Notes: generated by a model from the letters alone, not told the origin. DNA of 64,000 nt from Candidatus Omnitrophota bacterium (GCA_020058085.1 JAGVER010000014.1:33747-97746), one strand, 5' to 3'. Shown: positions 28,063 through 38,571, numbered from the stretch's first letter. Program-made: numbers and translations.

Positions 28063-30087
28063 CTACCTTATTTTGGCGCTAAATAACTCTGTTAGCATCG
28101 AGCAAATGAGTTTATGTACCGGTATAATCTCTTCTTCGGTTAAAGTACGCTCGCTAGAACCATAAGTGCAGGATAGGGTCAGCCCCCGGTATCCAGCAGG
28201 TATTTGTCTACCTTTATAATAATCTGTTATCTCTAGACTGCGCAATAAAGGCCGCCCTTTTTCTTGTAATACAGAAAGTAGATCCTTAACGGAATTTTCT
28301 TGCTTTAGAATAAAACTTATATCTCGAGTGATCCCCGGGTATCTTGGTAAGGGTACATATCTTTTGCCCAAATTGGCAAGAGTGAGGATTTTTTCTAAAG
28401 ATACCTCCAGCGTAAAAACATCTTTATTCTTTATGTTAAATTTATCCAGCAATGCTGAATCTAACGTCGATATTAAACCAACGGGTTCCTTATTCAGACA
28501 AATATCCACCTTAAATCCATGAGCTTGATTGATAAATTCGTAATTTTTTATCCCAAGCCTTGTAAAAAGTGCTTCTATTATACCTTTCAAATTTAACAAC
28601 CCTAGCTCATCTTTAAACGCAGCCTCATTCAAGAGCATTTTCTTGGTTCCGCTTAAGGCTATCCCTAATCTGAGCTCTTCATGAGGAGTATTATTTATTC
28701 TTAGAAAAACATTGCCTATCTCAAAAAGAGCGGCGTATTCTAGTTTTTGGTTTAAATTGTGCGCGATTGCACGAATTAGACCTGGGAGAAGAGTCGTCCT
28801 TAAAAATCCCTGTTCCTGGCTTAAGGGATTCATAATCTCTATGGCGCCAAAAGCAGGATTAAGATCATTTAATATCTTTGAATCCGTTAGGCTATAAGTA
28901 ATTGCCTCGTTTAATCCTAAGCCAATTAGGATGTTCTTGATATTAGAGACTAAATCCCTTCTCTCCCTTATGTTTACCTTGGGTAAAACTTTAGGTAGAC
29001 TTATAGGAATATGCTCATAACCGAATATACGAGCAATTTCTTCAATTAAATCCTCTGGCAAATTCACATCTTGCCTGAAAGACGGTATCCCTACACTGAA
29101 AACATTCTTTGATCTCTCTTTCACTATAAAACCAAGTTTAGATAAAATCTGTTTTACTTTTATTGCGCTTATATTCACACCCAATATTCTTGTCAGATCA
29201 GGAAGGTTTAAAATAATCTCTCTCGCCTTAGGCTTAACGGACCCGTTAACTTTATATAAAATTTCGCTTCCTCCGCAAATTTCGCTTATTAACTCTACGG
29301 CTCTTGATGATGCCTTTTCTGCTATCCCTGTATCTACCCCTCTTTCAAACCTATAGCTGGCTTCACTCTGTAAACCCAGCTCCTGCCTTCCTCGGCGCAC
29401 CAAAACAGGATTAAATACCGCTGCTTCTAATAGAATATTCTTAGTAGTAAAACCGACTTCAGTATTGCTCCCACCCATTACTCCAGCTATAGCCACTGAC
29501 CTCTCCCTATCTGCAATAACTAATATATTCCGGCTCAAGGTTCTTTCAATGCCATCAATAGTCAAAATCTTTTCGCCCAGCTTGCCCCGACGTACAAATA
29601 TCTTATCTTGGATCAATTTATCCAAATCAAACGCGTGCAACGGCTCACCTAACTCAAATAATACATAGTTAGTAATATCTACGAGATTGTTCACACTGCG
29701 GCAACCCACTAACTCCAACCTCTTGCTTAACCATTCTGGAGATGGCCCAACTTTTACACCATTAATAATCCTAGCAGCATACAAAGAACAGTCTTTTTTA
29801 TTCTCGATCTCTATCTTTAAGGAGCTGCGGTTTTTTATTTTTTTCGTTGGCTTATAATTCTCAACTTTGAGTTTAGCATTGGTAATCGCCGCAACTTCTC
29901 TAGCTATACCTGAAAGGCTCAACCAATCCGGACGATTAGAAGTAATTTCAATCTCTAGGACGAAATCCCCTGACTTCTCTTCCAGAGAGACTACTTCCAG
30001 GCCGGCCATAGTAAGTTTATCCGCTAACTCCCGAGGAGAAATCTTAATATCCACAAAATCCTTTAGCCAATTATAAGTTATCTTCAT
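28063..30087 (-). CDS. pheT: Phenylalanine--tRNA ligase beta subunit (lacks the B2/OB domain)
   Basis: NWLKDF, EITSNRPD, DITNYV, RFERG, EDLIEEIARIFGY, C-terminal FDX-ACB. Confidence 0.95.
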   Translation of the reverse strand: MKITYNWLKDFVDIKISPRELADKLTMAGLEVVSLEEKSGDFVLEIEITSNRPDWLSLSGIAREVAAITNAKLKVENYKPTKKIKNRSSLKIEIENKKDCSLYAARIINGVKVGPSPEWLSKRLELVGCRSVNNLVDITNYVLFELGEPLHAFDLDKLIQDKIFVRRGKLGEKILTIDGIERTLSRNILVIADRERSVAIAGVMGGSNTEVGFTTKNILLEAAVFNPVLVRRGRQELGLQSEASYRFERGVDTGIAEKASSRAVELISEICGGSEILYKVNGSVKPKAREIILNLPDLTRILGVNISAIKVKQILSKLGFIVKERSKNVFSVGIPSFRQDVNLPEDLIEEIARIFGYEHIPISLPKVLPKVNIRERRDLVSNIKNILIGLGLNEAITYSLTDSKILNDLNPAFGAIEIMNPLSQEQGFLRTTLLPGLIRAIAHNLNQKLEYAALFEIGNVFLRINNTPHEELRLGIALSGTKKMLLNEAAFKDELGLLNLKGIIEALFTRLGIKNYEFINQAHGFKVDICLNKEPVGLISTLDSALLDKFNIKNKDVFTLEVSLEKILTLANLGKRYVPLPRYPGITRDISFILKQENSVKDLLSVLQEKGRPLLRSLEITDYYKGRQIPAGYRGLTLSCTYGSSERTLTEEEIIPVHKLICSMLTELFSAKIR

Positions 30088-30088
30088 A

Positions 30089-31102
30089 TTAGAACTGCCT
30101 CAAAAATCTTAAATCATTCTCAAAAAATAACCTTATATCATTTATCCCGTATTTAAGCATGGCGATTCTCTCAACCCCCATGCCAAAGGCAAAACCAGTA
30201 TATTCCTTAGAATTGATGCCAACATGATTAAAAACATTGGGATGAATCATTCCTGAACCTAAAATCTCAAGCCAGCCTTTTCTACCGCAAACAGAACATC
30301 CTATTCCTTTACAGATAATGCAGGATATATCTACTTCTGCTGAAGGCTCGGTGAAAGGAAAAAAATGCGGCCGGAAACGCATCTTAATATCTTTACCAAA
30401 GATAGCCTTAGAAAACTCTTCGAGTACCCCCTTCAAATCCGAAAATCTAATCCCCTTATCTACCATAAAACCTTCTACTTGATGAAACATAAAAGAATGT
30501 GAAGCATCTACGGCATCCGGGCGATAAACGCGACCAGGGACAATTATCGCTAAAGGTACCTTGCGATCCTTCATCGCGCGCACCTGAACTGGCGAGGTAT
30601 GACTACGCAAAAGCATTTTTGAGTAATCTTTTAAATAGAATGTATCAAATGCCTCACGAGAAGGATGTTCTAAGGGTATATTCAAACCGGTAAAATTATT
30701 ATATTCGCTTTCAATCTCCGGACCTTCAACTATAGAAAAACCCATACGGTTAAATATAGTGCAAATCTCCTCGGTGACTTGAGTCAAGGGATGTAAATGC
30801 CCTAATTCTTGAACGATCCCCGGCATTCCAATATCAAAAGAAGCAGATTCTCTTGGACTATTATTAGCAGAATTTCCTCTCTGCTTTTCTTCAAGCAGTA
30901 AAGAGAGCTTATTTTTAAGGGCATTAACTTGCTGGCCAAAAGAAGCGCGTTCACCCTGAGATAGGGTAGGTATAGTTGCAGTTAGCTGGGCAACAATTCC
31001 TTTTCTTCCCAAGTACTTAAGGCGAAATTGTTCTAGGTTCTCAGGAGAATTTATATTATTTATTTCTAGATCTATTTCCGCAAGAATAATGTTAATATCC
31101 AT
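30089..31102 (-). CDS. pheS: Phenylalanine--tRNA ligase alpha subunit
   Basis: LRSHTSPVQ, FHQVEG, FPFTEPS, GFAFGMGVER. Confidence 0.97.
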   Translation of the reverse strand: MDINIILAEIDLEINNINSPENLEQFRLKYLGRKGIVAQLTATIPTLSQGERASFGQQVNALKNKLSLLLEEKQRGNSANNSPRESASFDIGMPGIVQELGHLHPLTQVTEEICTIFNRMGFSIVEGPEIESEYNNFTGLNIPLEHPSREAFDTFYLKDYSKMLLRSHTSPVQVRAMKDRKVPLAIIVPGRVYRPDAVDASHSFMFHQVEGFMVDKGIRFSDLKGVLEEFSKAIFGKDIKMRFRPHFFPFTEPSAEVDISCIICKGIGCSVCGRKGWLEILGSGMIHPNVFNHVGINSKEYTGFAFGMGVERIAMLKYGINDIRLFFENDLRFLRQF

Positions 31103-31545
31103 ACCGAAAATAATACCCCCAATAAGATTAAAACTTGGCTTACTTTAGACGGATTTAGCCTTTCCCGTACAAACTTTCCGGAGTCTGTCTTTCGCAAGGT
31201 TTGCGCATGTAAGTCTAAATCTCCCCCATGCTTAGAACAAGCGCGATTAAAAATTCCGGAGACCTCAATAATGTCTCCTTTTGCCTTATAACTTCCAGTA
31301 TAAACAATTTCTTTGGTAAGTGTTAAAGGGACCCATATGCCAATGGCATTTACTCCATCATGGAGATTTACCCAAGCGAAATCACCGCGCGTCATTACAT
31401 CTCCGATCACTTCACCCTTATAGGTAACGGCTTCACCGTCATAGAGTTTCGCATTATTAACTAATTCGCTACTAGAGATCCCTTGAGCTAATGCAAAATC
31501 AAATATCAACAATAAAATAATAAATACATAAATTGATTTTTTCAT
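31072..31545 (-). CDS. Exported OB-fold-like protein with C-terminal TM
   Basis: Signal peptide, beta-rich core (GEVIGD...GDIIEVSG), hydrophobic C-terminus; coupled to trkH. Confidence 0.65.
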   Translation of the reverse strand: MKKSIYVFIILLLIFDFALAQGISSSELVNNAKLYDGEAVTYKGEVIGDVMTRGDFAWVNLHDGVNAIGIWVPLTLTKEIVYTGSYKAKGDIIEVSGIFNRACSKHGGDLDLHAQTLRKTDSGKFVRERLNPSKVSQVLILLGVLFSVWILTLFLRK

Positions 31546-33047
31546 TACTTTCCTTTAACTATTGCAACTAAAAAACCTATTAAGGTAAAAACAGACATAA
31601 ATTCTAACCGCCCTGCCCACATTTGCAAGATATAAGTAACTTTCAATACTGCCGGCATAGAGGGCGAAGTTATGCCGCAAGATAATCCTACATTTGCTGC
31701 GGCTGATGTAGACTCAAACAAAGAATTCAAAAACGGATGCCCGTAGAACATGCCTACGCAAGCTCCAATTCCATACAAGATTAAATATGCTAAAGTAATT
31801 AAGAGCGCGCTCCTAACCTGTTTATCCTCTAAAAATACTTCTTTGATATGATGAAATTTCTGGATCACAATTGCCCTTTCAGGAAGGATTATTCTTTTAA
31901 TATCTTCTATAAATGCTTTAAAGATTATGCCAATCCTTAACATCTTAATCGCTCCAGTAGTGGAACATACAGCACCACCTAAGCCCATAGCTAAAATTAC
32001 TCCTACCAACGCCAGATGATTCCATTCATTTACAAATTGCTGAGCATAAATAGTCTGGAATCCTGTTCCGGTATGCCCGGAAATAAGCTGGTAAAAACCC
32101 TTACGAAAGAGCATAACTACCTTAGGATAAGTACCTATCTGGGTTAAACCTATGGCAGTAATAATAAATGTAGTCATAACCGTGATAAAAAGGGTGGTTG
32201 CCTCTAGGTTTTTCGCTATCTCCTTACGATTACCCATCCAAATGTGATAGTGTAACTTAAAATTAATTGCACCCAAGATCATAATCACAATGGTTACGAT
32301 TTCAAAGATAAAAGAGTGGTAATAAAGTATACTCTGCGACTGCGGAGCAAAACCCCCGGTATCAAAAGCAGCCATAAATATACAGGCACCATGAAAAAAA
32401 GCGCTAAACGGTTTCATCCCATCTAAAATCCCGACTATCCCTAAGGCAAGAGTCCCTAATACTAAATAAACAAGACTTACTAACCATATAAACCTTGAAG
32501 TATGCATAACATTAGGCATAATCTTTTCATCGCGAGCCTCACCAACATACAACTTAAACGCACCGGATGCGCCCTTAACAAAAAATGAGAGGGCGATAAT
32601 TACAATTCCCTGCCCGCCGATAAACATGATTAGGTGGCGCCAGAAATTATGCGCTAAAGAGATATGATCTAAATTCTGCACTAGGGCTAAACCAGTGGTA
32701 GCAAAACCGGACATAGAATCAAAACAGGCATCAAGATAAGATATCCAATGCCCACTTAAATACATCGGGATAGCGCCTAAAAACATTGCCGCAATCCATG
32801 AAAGAGAGACTACAATCATACCCTGCATCCAATTAAGCTCATGCTCGGTATAGCATGCCTTAACCAAAACAAGGCCGAAAATTAAACTTATCTCCAGACC
32901 AATTAAAAAATCTAAAGCAGGATTTATCTCTCCTGCGGCTAAACCTATTAATATAGGTATGGCCATGGTTAAGGCAAGGCCTAAAATAATCTTGCCTAAA
33001 TAATAACCTATAGCCTTAATATCTTGGATGGTTGGCTTTAGAATCAT
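31545..33047 (-). CDS. trkH: Trk-type K+ uptake membrane protein
   Basis: Four pore-loop-like motifs (SGFATTG, AAFDTGG, SGHTGTG, SAAANVG), GRLE. Confidence 0.92.
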   Translation of the reverse strand: MILKPTIQDIKAIGYYLGKIILGLALTMAIPILIGLAAGEINPALDFLIGLEISLIFGLVLVKACYTEHELNWMQGMIVVSLSWIAAMFLGAIPMYLSGHWISYLDACFDSMSGFATTGLALVQNLDHISLAHNFWRHLIMFIGGQGIVIIALSFFVKGASGAFKLYVGEARDEKIMPNVMHTSRFIWLVSLVYLVLGTLALGIVGILDGMKPFSAFFHGACIFMAAFDTGGFAPQSQSILYYHSFIFEIVTIVIMILGAINFKLHYHIWMGNRKEIAKNLEATTLFITVMTTFIITAIGLTQIGTYPKVVMLFRKGFYQLISGHTGTGFQTIYAQQFVNEWNHLALVGVILAMGLGGAVCSTTGAIKMLRIGIIFKAFIEDIKRIILPERAIVIQKFHHIKEVFLEDKQVRSALLITLAYLILYGIGACVGMFYGHPFLNSLFESTSAAANVGLSCGITSPSMPAVLKVTYILQMWAGRLEFMSVFTLIGFLVAIVKGK

Positions 33048-33163
33048 ATTTTAAGACTGAAAACAAAACAAATCAGGAATGCTACAAACATCATGAATAA
33101 AGCATATAATACCTCCGTAAATATGCCTAATATAATATTCAAAGGGAGCTTTACCTTAATCAT
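33044..33163 (-). CDS. Small hydrophobic protein, 39 aa (MIKVKLPLNIILGIFTEVLYALFMMFVAFLICFVFSLKI)
   Basis: ATGA overlaps at both ends (with the trkA stop and the trkH start); fills the gap exactly. Confidence 0.7.
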   Translation of the reverse strand: MIKVKLPLNIILGIFTEVLYALFMMFVAFLICFVFSLKI

Positions 33164-33822
33164 AATTTTCCTGCCAGTAAATTTAAAAGCTGCGGTTCAT
33201 TTCCTATGAGCGTTAAAGCCACTACATCATCCCCGGGCTTAAGTATAGTATCACCCTTAGGGACGATAACCTCTTCACCCCGTAAAATAGAGACTAAAAC
33301 CGAGTCTTTAGGAAGGAGTATATCCTTAATCTCTTTATTTATTACCGGAGAATCTTCCGGTAGATCCACGCGCACAATAGCAAGTTTACCGCGTTTAAAA
33401 CTCATCAAATTAACGAAGTCTGAAAAAGATACTTCTTCTTCAATAATCTTAGCGATGATCTTAGTAGAATCAACCGGGATATCAATGCCTAACTCGCTGA
33501 AAGTATGTTCATTATCCGGATTATTTACTCTCCCGACCGTGCGCTGTATATTAAACCGCTCTTTAGCTAACTGACAGATAATCAAATTATCTTCATCATC
33601 ACCTGTAACCGCAGCTACTACATCTGCCCGGAGTATTCCGGCCTCTTCTAAGATCCTTGGATCACAACCATCGCCGTTAATTACTAGTGCCTCAATATTC
33701 TTCGCCACATCTTCACAGATAAGCTTATTCTTATCTATAATACTGATAGTATGTTTATTATTTACAAGCCTCTTGGCCAAGAAATAACCCACCTTACCTG
33801 CGCCGATGATTATAATATACAT
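33160..33822 (-). CDS. trkA: TrkA-family RCK regulatory subunit
   Basis: IIGAGKVG Rossmann motif, TGDDEDN, TrkA_C domain. Confidence 0.93.
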   Translation of the reverse strand: MYIIIIGAGKVGYFLAKRLVNNKHTISIIDKNKLICEDVAKNIEALVINGDGCDPRILEEAGILRADVVAAVTGDDEDNLIICQLAKERFNIQRTVGRVNNPDNEHTFSELGIDIPVDSTKIIAKIIEEEVSFSDFVNLMSFKRGKLAIVRVDLPEDSPVINKEIKDILLPKDSVLVSILRGEEVIVPKGDTILKPGDDVVALTLIGNEPQLLNLLAGKL

Positions 33823-33910
33823 TTCTTACAGACCTCCAATCTAATTCTCCCTATATTTGTATTTAGAGAATTAATCCCTTCTCGCTGAAGGCGAAAAGGG
33901 ACCTAACAAC

Positions 33911-34558
33911 TTAAAGCAACTTAAACTTTTCTTTTATCTTATCAAGACTGGCAACTTTAATTACCGCCATTAATACGTCTTTAAGTTTAAATACAGTCAC
34001 ACTCTCCGGAATAATAACCCCGGAAAGCCTTCTAATAGCTACTATCATAAATTCTTGAGGAATATTTATATCCATGGGAGTCTTACCGACAAGCTCATCC
34101 TTAACTTCAATCTCAAATACTCCGAGATCCTTAGTTTCAATTAAATAGCTAGAGAAGCGGCTTTCAATAATTTTATCTCTTAGCATAGAGGCAAAAAGCG
34201 TTGTCCCGCTTATAATATCCAGGCCTAATGCCGCATAGATATGCGCACGCTGAGGATCATATACGCGAGCGATAACTTTGGGAACCTTGAATATTTTCTT
34301 AGCCACTTGCGCTGAAATTAAATTAGTATTATCTCCATTAGTAACAGTGCAAAAGGCGTCTGCTTTTTCAATTCCTACCTGTTTTAACAGATCGAGATCG
34401 AATCCATTCCCAGCCATGGTTAAACCATTAAAGGTATTACCTAGACGGTCAAAAGAATCCCGGGATTTGTCAATTACAACGACATTATGCCCTTCGTTAG
34501 ACAAAAGCTTTGCCAGCTCGGCGCCTACTCTTCCGCAACCAACTATTATCACATACAT
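33911..34558 (-). CDS. trkA: TrkA-family RCK regulatory subunit (second paralog)
   Basis: IVGCGRVG, TNGDNTN, ARVYDP. Confidence 0.93.
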   Translation of the reverse strand: MYVIIVGCGRVGAELAKLLSNEGHNVVVIDKSRDSFDRLGNTFNGLTMAGNGFDLDLLKQVGIEKADAFCTVTNGDNTNLISAQVAKKIFKVPKVIARVYDPQRAHIYAALGLDIISGTTLFASMLRDKIIESRFSSYLIETKDLGVFEIEVKDELVGKTPMDINIPQEFMIVAIRRLSGVIIPESVTVFKLKDVLMAVIKVASLDKIKEKFKLL

Positions 34559-34589
34559 TCGGTTACGACCTCCAATCTTAATTCTCCTG

Positions 34590-34937
34590 CTATTTCTTAA
34601 CTAGCCCCACTATTTTCTTAAAAGCCGTACTATCCTTTACTGCTAAATCTGCGAGAATCTTGCGGTCTAAAGCAATCTTCGACTTCTTTAAACCATTCAT
34701 AAATACGCTATAGGTAATACCCTGCGCTCGACAAGCGGCATTGATGCGCGCAATCCATAAAGCACGAAACTCTCTTTTCTTATTATGCCTATCGCGGTAT
34801 GCATACTTTAAAGCATGCATAAGCGCTCTGCTTGCCTGCTGGTATTGCTTACTCCTGTCCCCGAAATAACCCTTAGTCTTTTTTAATAACCTTTTCTTTC
34901 TTCTACGTGTTGCGACACTATGTTTAATCTTAGCCAT
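34590..34937 (-). CDS. rplT: 50S ribosomal protein L20 (start corrected to MAKIKH)
   Basis: [34 protein letters not shown]. Confidence 0.97.
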   Translation of the reverse strand: MAKIKHSVATRRRKKRLLKKTKGYFGDRSKQYQQASRALMHALKYAYRDRHNKKREFRALWIARINAACRAQGITYSVFMNGLKKSKIALDRKILADLAVKDSTAFKKIVGLVKK

Positions 34938-34947
34938 GACAATTCCT

Positions 34948-35035
34948 CTCCTTGTGCAGTAGCACACACCGGACTCTCAATTAAGTCCGGGTGTTGCGCA
35001 GTAGCGCATAGCGGCCGCTCCAATTAGGCCGGGTA
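34948..35035 (-). repeat. Repeat family R1, short form copy C plus a degenerate tandem copy
   Basis: 34948-34995 identical over 48 bp to 43091-43138; 34995-35035 is a diverged second unit. Confidence 0.88.
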
Positions 35036-35039
35036 TTTT

Positions 35040-35240
35040 TTATCCGTATGGTAACATCCTTTTTAAATACTTTGTTTCTTTTTTATTATTCAATACGCCA
35101 CGTTTTCTTAATCTTCTTAATCTCTTGGCTTTCTTACTGGAGGCAAGGTGGCTTTTCCCGCCAAGCGAATATTTAATTTTACCCTTCTTGGTTAATTTAA
35201 ACCTTTTTGCTACTCCCCTTTTAGTCTTTAGCTTTCCCAT
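35040..35240 (-). CDS. rpmI: 50S ribosomal protein L35
   Basis: KLKTKRGVAKRFKLT..GK; C-terminal LPYG; between infC and rplT. Confidence 0.95.
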   Translation of the reverse strand: MGKLKTKRGVAKRFKLTKKGKIKYSLGGKSHLASSKKAKRLRRLRKRGVLNNKKETKYLKRMLPYG

Positions 35241-35250
35241 TTTTTACCTC

Positions 35251-35760
35251 TTATGATTTAGGTGCAATTACAAAATACATAATCCTGCCTTCTAACGCAG
35301 GTGATTTTTCTACCTGGCCATCACCGGATAAATCAAGAATAAATTTATCTAAAACCTTTCTTCCTAAATCCAGATGTTCCATCTGCCTGCCACGGAAGAA
35401 AAGATTAATCTTAACTTTATCTTTTTTCTTCAAAAAACTTATTACCTGTTTTAGCTTAGTTTCATAATCATGGTCGTCAATATTTGGTTTTAAGCGAATC
35501 TCCTTAAGCTTACTCTGCTTTTGATGTTTTTTTGCCTCGCGCTCTTTTTTCTCCTCGTCATATTTGAACTTGCTGAAATCGATAATACGACAAACCGGAG
35601 GATTGGCGCTAGGAGCCACCTCTACCAAATCAAGTTCATACTGATTAGCTAATTCCAGGGCTTTTTGTATAGCTACTATCCCCAACTGATTTGCGTCCGG
35701 GCCGATAAGCCTTACATGTGGGACGCGAATCCTTTCATTTACTCGAATAAACTTTTTTAT
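35251..35760 (-). CDS. infC: Translation initiation factor IF-3 (probable ATA start)
   Basis: NERIR, LDLVEVAP.ANPPVC, KEIRL, FRGRQ. Confidence 0.95.
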   Translation of the reverse strand: MKKFIRVNERIRVPHVRLIGPDANQLGIVAIQKALELANQYELDLVEVAPSANPPVCRIIDFSKFKYDEEKKEREAKKHQKQSKLKEIRLKPNIDDHDYETKLKQVISFLKKKDKVKINLFFRGRQMEHLDLGRKVLDKFILDLSGDGQVEKSPALEGRIMYFVIAPKS

Positions 35761-35778
35761 CGCAACCACCTACCTTTC

Positions 35779-37497
35779 TTATTGTTTGTTTTTTATCTCT
35801 TCAGTGGCTTGCTTTATAAAATCACTAAGCGCCACTGTGCCTATATTTCCCTTGCCTTTTTTTCTAATCGCTACTGTGCCGGCCATAGCCTCGCGCTCCC
35901 CGATAACAAGTGAATAAGGTATCTTGTTCAACTCGGCATTACGTATTCTTTTATTTAAAGTTTCATTGCTGGAGTCTATCTCTACACGCAAACCCGCATC
36001 TATTAAGTCGCTCATTACCTTTAAGCTATATTCGATAACAGAAGAACTAACCGGTATAATCAAAGTTTGAACCGGGGCAAGCCAGAGAGGAAAATCCGCA
36101 TTATAGTGCTCTATCAATGCACCGATAAAACGCTCTAAGCTTCCTAATAAAACCCTATGTAACATTATCGGTTGCTTCTCCTTGCCTTCATTATCGACAT
36201 AAGCAAGGCCAAATCTTTTAGGAAGGGCAAAATCGCATTGAATAGTAGCGCACTGCCAAGACCTCTTTAGGGCATCCTTTAATTTTATATCTATCTTAGG
36301 GCCGTAAAATGCTCCGTCCCCCTCATTAATATCATACTTTAATCCTTTTTCTTTTAAGGTGCTCTCTAACGCCTCCGTCGCCCTCCGCCAATCTTCTTCG
36401 GAACCGATATAATCTTTAGGCCGTGTGCTTAATTCTATTGCCCAATCATAAAACCCGAAAACCTTCATCGTATCAAATACGAAATCTATAACTCCTCCAA
36501 TTTCTTCGCGAAGTTGTTCAGGTAAACAAAATATATGCGCATCATCCTGAGTAAATCCGCGCACGCGCAATAGCCCATGCAAAACCCCTGCCTTTTCATG
36601 GCGATAAACCGTCCCCAGTTCAAATAGGCGTATAGGCAAATCTTTATAACTTCTCGTTTGTGATTTATAGATCAAAATATGCCCAGGACAATTCATCGGT
36701 TTCAAGACGTATTCTTGTTCGTCTATTTTGAATATATGCATATTATCTTTATAATAATCGTAGTGCCCGCTTTTCTTCCAAAGCCCAGACTGCATAATAT
36801 GCGGGGTAGTTACCATCTGATATCCACGTTTTAAATGTTCTTTCTTTTCATATTCTTCAATAAGGTTACGCAGTATTGCTCCTTTAGGATAATAAAAAAC
36901 TAACCCTGCCCCCGCCTCTTCATGATATATATCAAACAATCCTAAAGCCGGACCTATCTTACGGTGGTCGCGCAACCGAGCCTCTTCCAAATTTTTTAAA
37001 TGCCCCTCCAATTCTTTATGGGTTAAAAAAGCTGTGCCATAAATTCTCTGGAGCATTGGGTTGGTCTCTATGCCATGCCAATATGCCCCAGCGACAGAAA
37101 GAAGCTTAAAGGCCTTGATCTCTAAGGCAGATTCAATATGCGGCCCACGGCATAAATCTACAAATTTGTTTCCGGTTTTATAAATAGTTACCTTTGGATC
37201 GGCCAAGGCATTAATTAATTCTACCTTATAATCCTCTTTCAGCTTTCTAAATAATTTTATCGCCGCATCACGGTTAACTTCTTCCCTAATAAACTTTTCG
37301 TCTGAAGCTATAATTTCACGCATTTTGTTCTCGATCTTAAACAGGTCATCGTCGGTAAAGGGAGTTTTCTTATCGAAATCATAATAAAACCCATCCTCTA
37401 TAGAAGGGCCTATAGCTAATTTGGCATCCGGCCAAAGCTCTTTTACTGCGTAAGCCATTATATGTGAACAAGAGTGCCTTAAGGTATCTAGATTCAT
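35779..37497 (-). CDS. thrS: Threonine--tRNA ligase (no N-terminal TGS domain)
   Basis: RHSCSH, DLCRGPH, RDHRKIG, KPMNCP, RVRGFTQDD, AFYGPKID. Confidence 0.97.
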   Translation of the reverse strand: MNLDTLRHSCSHIMAYAVKELWPDAKLAIGPSIEDGFYYDFDKKTPFTDDDLFKIENKMREIIASDEKFIREEVNRDAAIKLFRKLKEDYKVELINALADPKVTIYKTGNKFVDLCRGPHIESALEIKAFKLLSVAGAYWHGIETNPMLQRIYGTAFLTHKELEGHLKNLEEARLRDHRKIGPALGLFDIYHEEAGAGLVFYYPKGAILRNLIEEYEKKEHLKRGYQMVTTPHIMQSGLWKKSGHYDYYKDNMHIFKIDEQEYVLKPMNCPGHILIYKSQTRSYKDLPIRLFELGTVYRHEKAGVLHGLLRVRGFTQDDAHIFCLPEQLREEIGGVIDFVFDTMKVFGFYDWAIELSTRPKDYIGSEEDWRRATEALESTLKEKGLKYDINEGDGAFYGPKIDIKLKDALKRSWQCATIQCDFALPKRFGLAYVDNEGKEKQPIMLHRVLLGSLERFIGALIEHYNADFPLWLAPVQTLIIPVSSSVIEYSLKVMSDLIDAGLRVEIDSSNETLNKRIRNAELNKIPYSLVIGEREAMAGTVAIRKKGKGNIGTVALSDFIKQATEEIKNKQ

Positions 37498-38571
37498 TTA
37501 ATCACTGACAAATATATTGTTAGGTAACAGGTCTAATTTCTGAAAACGCTGAAAGAATAAGGGATAATATCTTATTGTCGGCTTAAGGCTACCCACTACT
37601 TTATCGTTTTCCATTTTCTCAAAACGGAAAGTAAATAAATCATTGAAGAGGATTTCATTATTATCCAGCCCCCTTACTTCGGTAATATAGGTAACCTTGC
37701 GGCTGCCATCCCGTACTCTCTCTAAATGCACGATTACATTAATAGCCGAGGCAATTAATTTTCTCGATTCTAAGATTGGGATATTCATCCCCGACATTAA
37801 GACCATAGTCTCCAGACGCGCCACTACATCCTTAGGGGAATTCCCGTGCACAACTCCTATGGTCCCGGAATGCCCCGTAGCCATAGCCTGAAACATGTTT
37901 ATTGCTTCTTCTCCCCGGACCTCTCCGACAATGATACGATCAGGAGCCATACGTAAGGAGTTAGAAATTAAATCTTTCAAGCTAACCCCGCCCTTACCAT
38001 CTTCGTCCGGTGTTCTTGTTTCCATAGAAATGTAGTTCTCCTGCGTGAACCTTAATTCCGCGGCATCTTCAATAGTAACCACTCTCTCGTGGGGAGCGAA
38101 ATAATTAGAGAGCATTTGCAAAAGAGTAGTCTTACCCGTACTTGTTCCTCCGGAAAATATCATATTTATCTTACCCTTAATACAAGCAATTAAAAAATCT
38201 GCTGCCTTCTGAGTCAAGGTATCATTAGCAATTAAATCCTGAAGCGTACCTATCTGTTTAGAAAATTTCCTGAAGGTTACTGCTGTCCCGAAACGAGATA
38301 CCGGAGCCATAATCATATTCACACGCGTGCCATCTTCAAGACAAACATCACCATAATAAATATCGTTACCTACGCGCTTGCCCACAGCGCGGAAAAAATT
38401 TCCTATAGTCCTGACCAGATCTTCCTCGCCAGAAAAGACAACATCGCTTAGGGCTTTTTTACCATCTCTCTCTACAAAAACTTTTTTAGGACCATTGACC
38501 ATAATTTCAGAAATTGCTGGGTCATCTATCAGTTTTTGCAGTGGACCTAAATCTAATTTATTACTCTCCAT
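37498..38571 (-). CDS. CpaF/TadA-family secretion ATPase
   Basis: [42 protein letters not shown]. Confidence 0.92.
   Translation of the reverse strand: MESNKLDLGPLQKLIDDPAISEIMVNGPKKVFVERDGKKALSDVVFSGEEDLVRTIGNFFRAVGKRVGNDIYYGDVCLEDGTRVNMIMAPVSRFGTAVTFRKFSKQIGTLQDLIANDTLTQKAADFLIACIKGKINMIFSGGTSTGKTTLLQMLSNYFAPHERVVTIEDAAELRFTQENYISMETRTPDEDGKGGVSLKDLISNSLRMAPDRIIVGEVRGEEAINMFQAMATGHSGTIGVVHGNSPKDVVARLETMVLMSGMNIPILESRKLIASAINVIVHLERVRDGSRKVTYITEVRGLDNNEILFNDLFTFRFEKMENDKVVGSLKPTIRYYPLFFQRFQKLDLLPNNIFVSD

Noticed and set aside
34948-35035. Ribosomal protein L20 leader RNA
   Set aside because: The same sequence occurs before parB, so it is repeat R1 rather than an L20-specific autoregulatory leader
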